A stretch of DNA of 25,278 nt. It comes from Cytophagales bacterium. Lineage in GTDB: Bacteria; Bacteroidota; Bacteroidia; Cytophagales; Spirosomataceae. The stretch is from assembly GCA_038212815.1 (NCBI GenBank), contig JBBQUC010000001.1:1-25278 (forward strand). Direction: 5' to 3'. Positions 22,302 to 25,278 of this stretch are shown here, one piece after another (position 1 is the first letter of the stretch; every line of letters begins with the position of its first letter). The notes beneath the pieces were generated by a model. It saw only the letters and a program-made list of their open reading frames with translations, did not search any database and was not told the DNA's origin. A program made the translations under genes and the position numbers.

Positions 22302-25278
22302 TCTTGAGTAGTCAGTGCGTCGAATAAAATTTCGGCGGGGTGTTGGGCAATGCGGCCTGTGCCGTCTTCAATCTGGTGGCGGCATGAGGTGCCGGGGGCC
22401 GCAATGAGCGTGGTCGCGTCGGCTTGTCGGATGGCTGGAAACAGCACCAACTCACCAATCTGCATCGAGAGGTCGTAATGCTCGGCCTCGTAGCCAAAGG
22501 AACCCGCCATGCCACAGCACCCCGACGGAATAAGCTGAACGGTGTAGTTTTTGGGTAGCGACAGAATTTTCTTCACCGGCACCATTGACGACAGTGCTTT
22601 CTGATGGCAATGGCCGTGTAATTTAATCTGCCGGGCTTCGGTGGTAAACTGATTAGGCTGAACGCGTCCGGCATCGGCTTCGCGGGCCAGCCATTCCTCA
22701 AACAAAAAGGTATTTCGGGCAATCCGCTGGGCATCGGCTTTTAGCTCAGGTGGCACCAGATCGGGGTATTCATCGCGGAAGGTTAGAATAGCCGACGGTT
22801 CGAGGCCAATGAGGGGAGTCTCGTCGGTAACGAGGTGCTGCAGTAGGGTTACGTTCTGGATAGCCAGTTTTTGGGCATCGCGCACCAGCCCTTTCGAGAG
22901 GTACGTTCGGCCACTTTCTACATGCTCAGGAATGGTTACGGCATACCCCAGTTGCGCCAGTAATTGCAGTGCTTTCTGGCCAACTCCCACGTCGTTATAA
23001 TTCGTGAATTCATCGCAAAAGAACATCACTGCCCGGCGGCCCGGTGCCAAGCGGTGTTTTGCTGCCCACCCGCGCAGGGTTACTGAATGTAGTGCTGGCA
23101 TGGTGCGGTCTGGGTGAAAACCGACGATGCGGTTGGCCAACCGGCGTAGGGCAGGCGTTTTATAGAACGCATTGTATGCCCACGGCACCAGGCTGGCCAG
23201 GCGCATGAGTTGGGTGAAATTGCCCACCAGCCGGGCGCGGAGGGGTGTACCAGTCTCATCGTATTGCTGTTGCAGAAACTCGGCTTTTAGCCGCGCCATG
23301 TCCACGCTACTAGGGCATTCGGCTTTGCAGCCCTTGCACGAGAGGCATAGGTCCAGCACCTCATGTGTGGCTTTGTAGTCAAGTTGGGTGGGTTTTTCGT
23401 CATTCGTATAAAAGTGCCGCAGCATGTTGGCGCGGGCGCGGGTAGTATCGTGTTCAAGTCGGGTGGCCATGTAACTGGGGCACATGGTACCGCCGGTCAG
23501 TTCCGTTTTGCGGCAATCGCCGGAGCCGGAGCATTTTTCGGCCAGAGCCAGCATGCCTCCGCTACCCGAAAAATCGAGGGTAGTTTGGGGTTGCGGCACC
23601 ACGCGGTCGACTTCGGCCCTCAGAAACTGGTTCATGGGGGGCGTATCCACTACTTTGCCGGGGTTAAAGATGGTCTGCGGGTCCCAGAGTCGTTTAATAT
23701 CGCGGCACAACTGGTAGTTTTTCTCACCCAGCATGAAGGCGATAAACTCACCCCGAAGCCGCCCGTCGCCATGCTCACCGGATAAAGCACCACCATATTT
23801 TTTCACCAATGCAGCTGTATCGGCCAGCAATGCCCGGAAGGTCTCGCGTCCTTTAGTTGTTTTGAGGTTAATCAGCGGCAGCACGTGCAACTCACCCGCC
23901 CCGGCATGGGCCGAAAACTCAAGCGTGAGGCCGTGTTTGCGGGTGGCCATTTCGGTAAGTTCGTCAATGTAATCGGGTAGGTCAGCGGGGTCAACGGCGC
24001 AGTCTTCAATCACGTTGGCGGGCTGGTCGTCGCCCGCTACGTTGTACATGATGCTTAGCCCCGCTTTCCGCAATGCCCAGGGTTTTTGGGTATCATCGTT
24101 GTAAAGCACTGGGTAGGCATAGCCGAGGTTACGGACTTTGAGAGCCTGGATGAAAGCTACCTCTTTTACCTCACCCCCTGTCCCCTCTCCTTTTGAAGGA
24201 GAGGGGGTAAGGTTCCCGAAAAACTCGACCATCAGAATGGCTTTGGGATCGCCTTGAACGAAATGGCGGTTTTTGGCTTGTTCGATGTTGGTTTTGGTGA
24301 GTTGCAAAATGTAATCATCGACCAGTTCGGAGGCTGAGCAGCCGTGTTCGAGGGCTACCAGATTGGCTTCGAGAGCCTGGCGAATGGTGGCGAAGTGGGC
24401 GCAGACGAGGGCTACTTCGGTAGGAGGGAGGGGAATCAGGTTTAGTTTGGCTTCGGTAATGAAGCAAAGCGTTCCCTCCGAACCGGCAATGAGGTGCGCG
24501 AAGTTAAAGGAGCTGCCCGTGGCAGGTGAGCTAAAAAAGGGAATCAGCGCATCGACAGCGTAGCCCGTATTCCGGCGTTTGACACTGGGCTTGGGGTAGC
24601 CATCCACAATGGCCTGCCGGGTGGTTGCATCCGACATCCAGATTCGAAACTGGGCATATAGTCGCTGTTCAAGTGGGCTAACTACATGCTCACCCCGGCA
24701 TTTGGCCTCAAATTCGGTTTGAGTGAGCGGTCCGAAGGTGACTTCGGCTCCATCGCTGAGAATAGTTTTTACGGACAGGAGATGGTCACGGGTAGTGCCC
24801 CAGATAATGGAGTGAAGTCCGCAGGAGTTGTTGCCAATCATGCCGCCAATCATGGCGCGGCTGGCAGTAGAGGTTTCGGGGCCGAAGAGCAGGCCGTGGG
24901 GGCGCAGGTAGGCGTTTAAGTCATCGCGGATTACGCCGGGTTGTACCCGCACCCACCGTTCGGCCACGTTCAGTTCCAGAATTTGGCCGAAGTGTTTGGA
25001 GATGTCAACCACAATGCCATCGCCCACTACCTGCCCTGCCAGTGATGTGCCTGCTGCCCGTGGAATCAACCCCTGATGGTACTGTTTAGCAAAGTTGACT
25101 AACCGTTTTATATCAGCTACCGTTTTCGGGATGGCTACTGCTACCGGCGTTTCCTGATAGACCGAAGCATCGGTGGCATAGATCAGCCGTTCGGCCTGAT
25201 GCCGGGCCGAGTCATCAAAAAACAGATTGCCCTCAAACTGAGGTTGCAGCAAGCCTAATGGCGGTTTTTGCGGAATGC
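22298..25278 (-). CDS. FAD-binding and (Fe-S)-binding oxidoreductase (GlcD/YdiJ, D-2-hydroxyacid dehydrogenase-like); the frame stays open to the window edge, so the true start may lie outside
   Basis: [66 protein letters not shown], and the CCG domains HGHCHQ and CCGMAGSFG. Upstream of the TTG at 25252 the frame reads IPQKPPLG without a stop. Confidence 0.92.
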   Translation of the reverse strand, partial: IPQKPPLGLLQPQFEGNLFFDDSARHQAERLIYATDASVYQETPVAVAIPKTVADIKRLVNFAKQYHQGLIPRAAGTSLAGQVVGDGIVVDISKHFGQILELNVAERWVRVQPGVIRDDLNAYLRPHGLLFGPETSTASRAMIGGMIGNNSCGLHSIIWGTTRDHLLSVKTILSDGAEVTFGPLTQTEFEAKCRGEHVVSPLEQRLYAQFRIWMSDATTRQAIVDGYPKPSVKRRNTGYAVDALIPFFSSPATGSSFNFAHLIAGSEGTLCFITEAKLNLIPLPPTEVALVCAHFATIRQALEANLVALEHGCSASELVDDYILQLTKTNIEQAKNRHFVQGDPKAILMVEFFGNLTPSPSKGEGTGGEVKEVAFIQALKVRNLGYAYPVLYNDDTQKPWALRKAGLSIMYNVAGDDQPANVIEDCAVDPADLPDYIDELTEMATRKHGLTLEFSAHAGAGELHVLPLINLKTTKGRETFRALLADTAALVKKYGGALSGEHGDGRLRGEFIAFMLGEKNYQLCRDIKRLWDPQTIFNPGKVVDTPPMNQFLRAEVDRVVPQPQTTLDFSGSGGMLALAEKCSGSGDCRKTELTGGTMCPSYMATRLEHDTTRARANMLRHFYTNDEKPTQLDYKATHEVLDLCLSCKGCKAECPSSVDMARLKAEFLQQQYDETGTPLRARLVGNFTQLMRLASLVPWAYNAFYKTPALRRLANRIVGFHPDRTMPALHSVTLRGWAAKHRLAPGRRAVMFFCDEFTNYNDVGVGQKALQLLAQLGYAVTIPEHVESGRTYLSKGLVRDAQKLAIQNVTLLQHLVTDETPLIGLEPSAILTFRDEYPDLVPPELKADAQRIARNTFLFEEWLAREADAGRVQPNQFTTEARQIKLHGHCHQKALSSMVPVKKILSLPKNYTVQLIPSGCCGMAGSFGYEAEHYDLSMQIGELVLFPAIRQADATTLIAAPGTSCRHQIEDGTGRIAQHPAEILFDALTTQE
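24168..24213. repeat. REP/RPE-like palindromic element inside the oxidoreductase coding sequence
   Basis: ACCTCACCCCCTGT-CCCCTCTCCTT-TTG-AAGGAGAGGGG-GTAAGGT has a perfect 11-bp inner stem and near-perfect outer inverted ends. It is translated in frame as [15 protein letters not shown]. Confidence 0.7.

Overview
Bacteroidota window, most likely Cytophagales (Fibrella/Spirosoma-like). This is inferred from TAnnTTTG promoter boxes, lipoproteins, an S46 peptidase and dispersed nuo genes. Bases 259-7564 form an uncharacterised and apparently co-regulated cluster. It has two paralogous lipoproteins carrying a GAIN/GPS-like H-L-(T/S) autoproteolysis motif exactly where they start to diverge, a tandem-duplicated TDO-fold heme protein, two paralogous outer-membrane beta-barrels (the second frameshifted), a 42-aa membrane protein and a DUF1059 protein. 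Three of its transcription units share a 93-bp ungapped upstream cassette with 21-bp-spaced LytTR-like repeats. The rest of the window holds a TipAS/MerR regulator (minus strand, mislabelled + in the ORF track), a DPP7-type S46 peptidase, a cytochrome b + Mo-oxidoreductase pair, a Uma2 gene with a 636-nt in-frame insert between 35-nt direct repeats, nuoIJK, tRNA-Gln(TTG), a ThuA-like protein, hemW, a Gly/Met/Tyr-repeat protein, a PepSY-like lipoprotein, and a minus-strand run of FAD/Fe-S oxidoreductase, EVE-McrB with no mcrC in the window, and a Zn-dependent dehydrogenase. All family calls come from motif recognition by eye; no database search was run.
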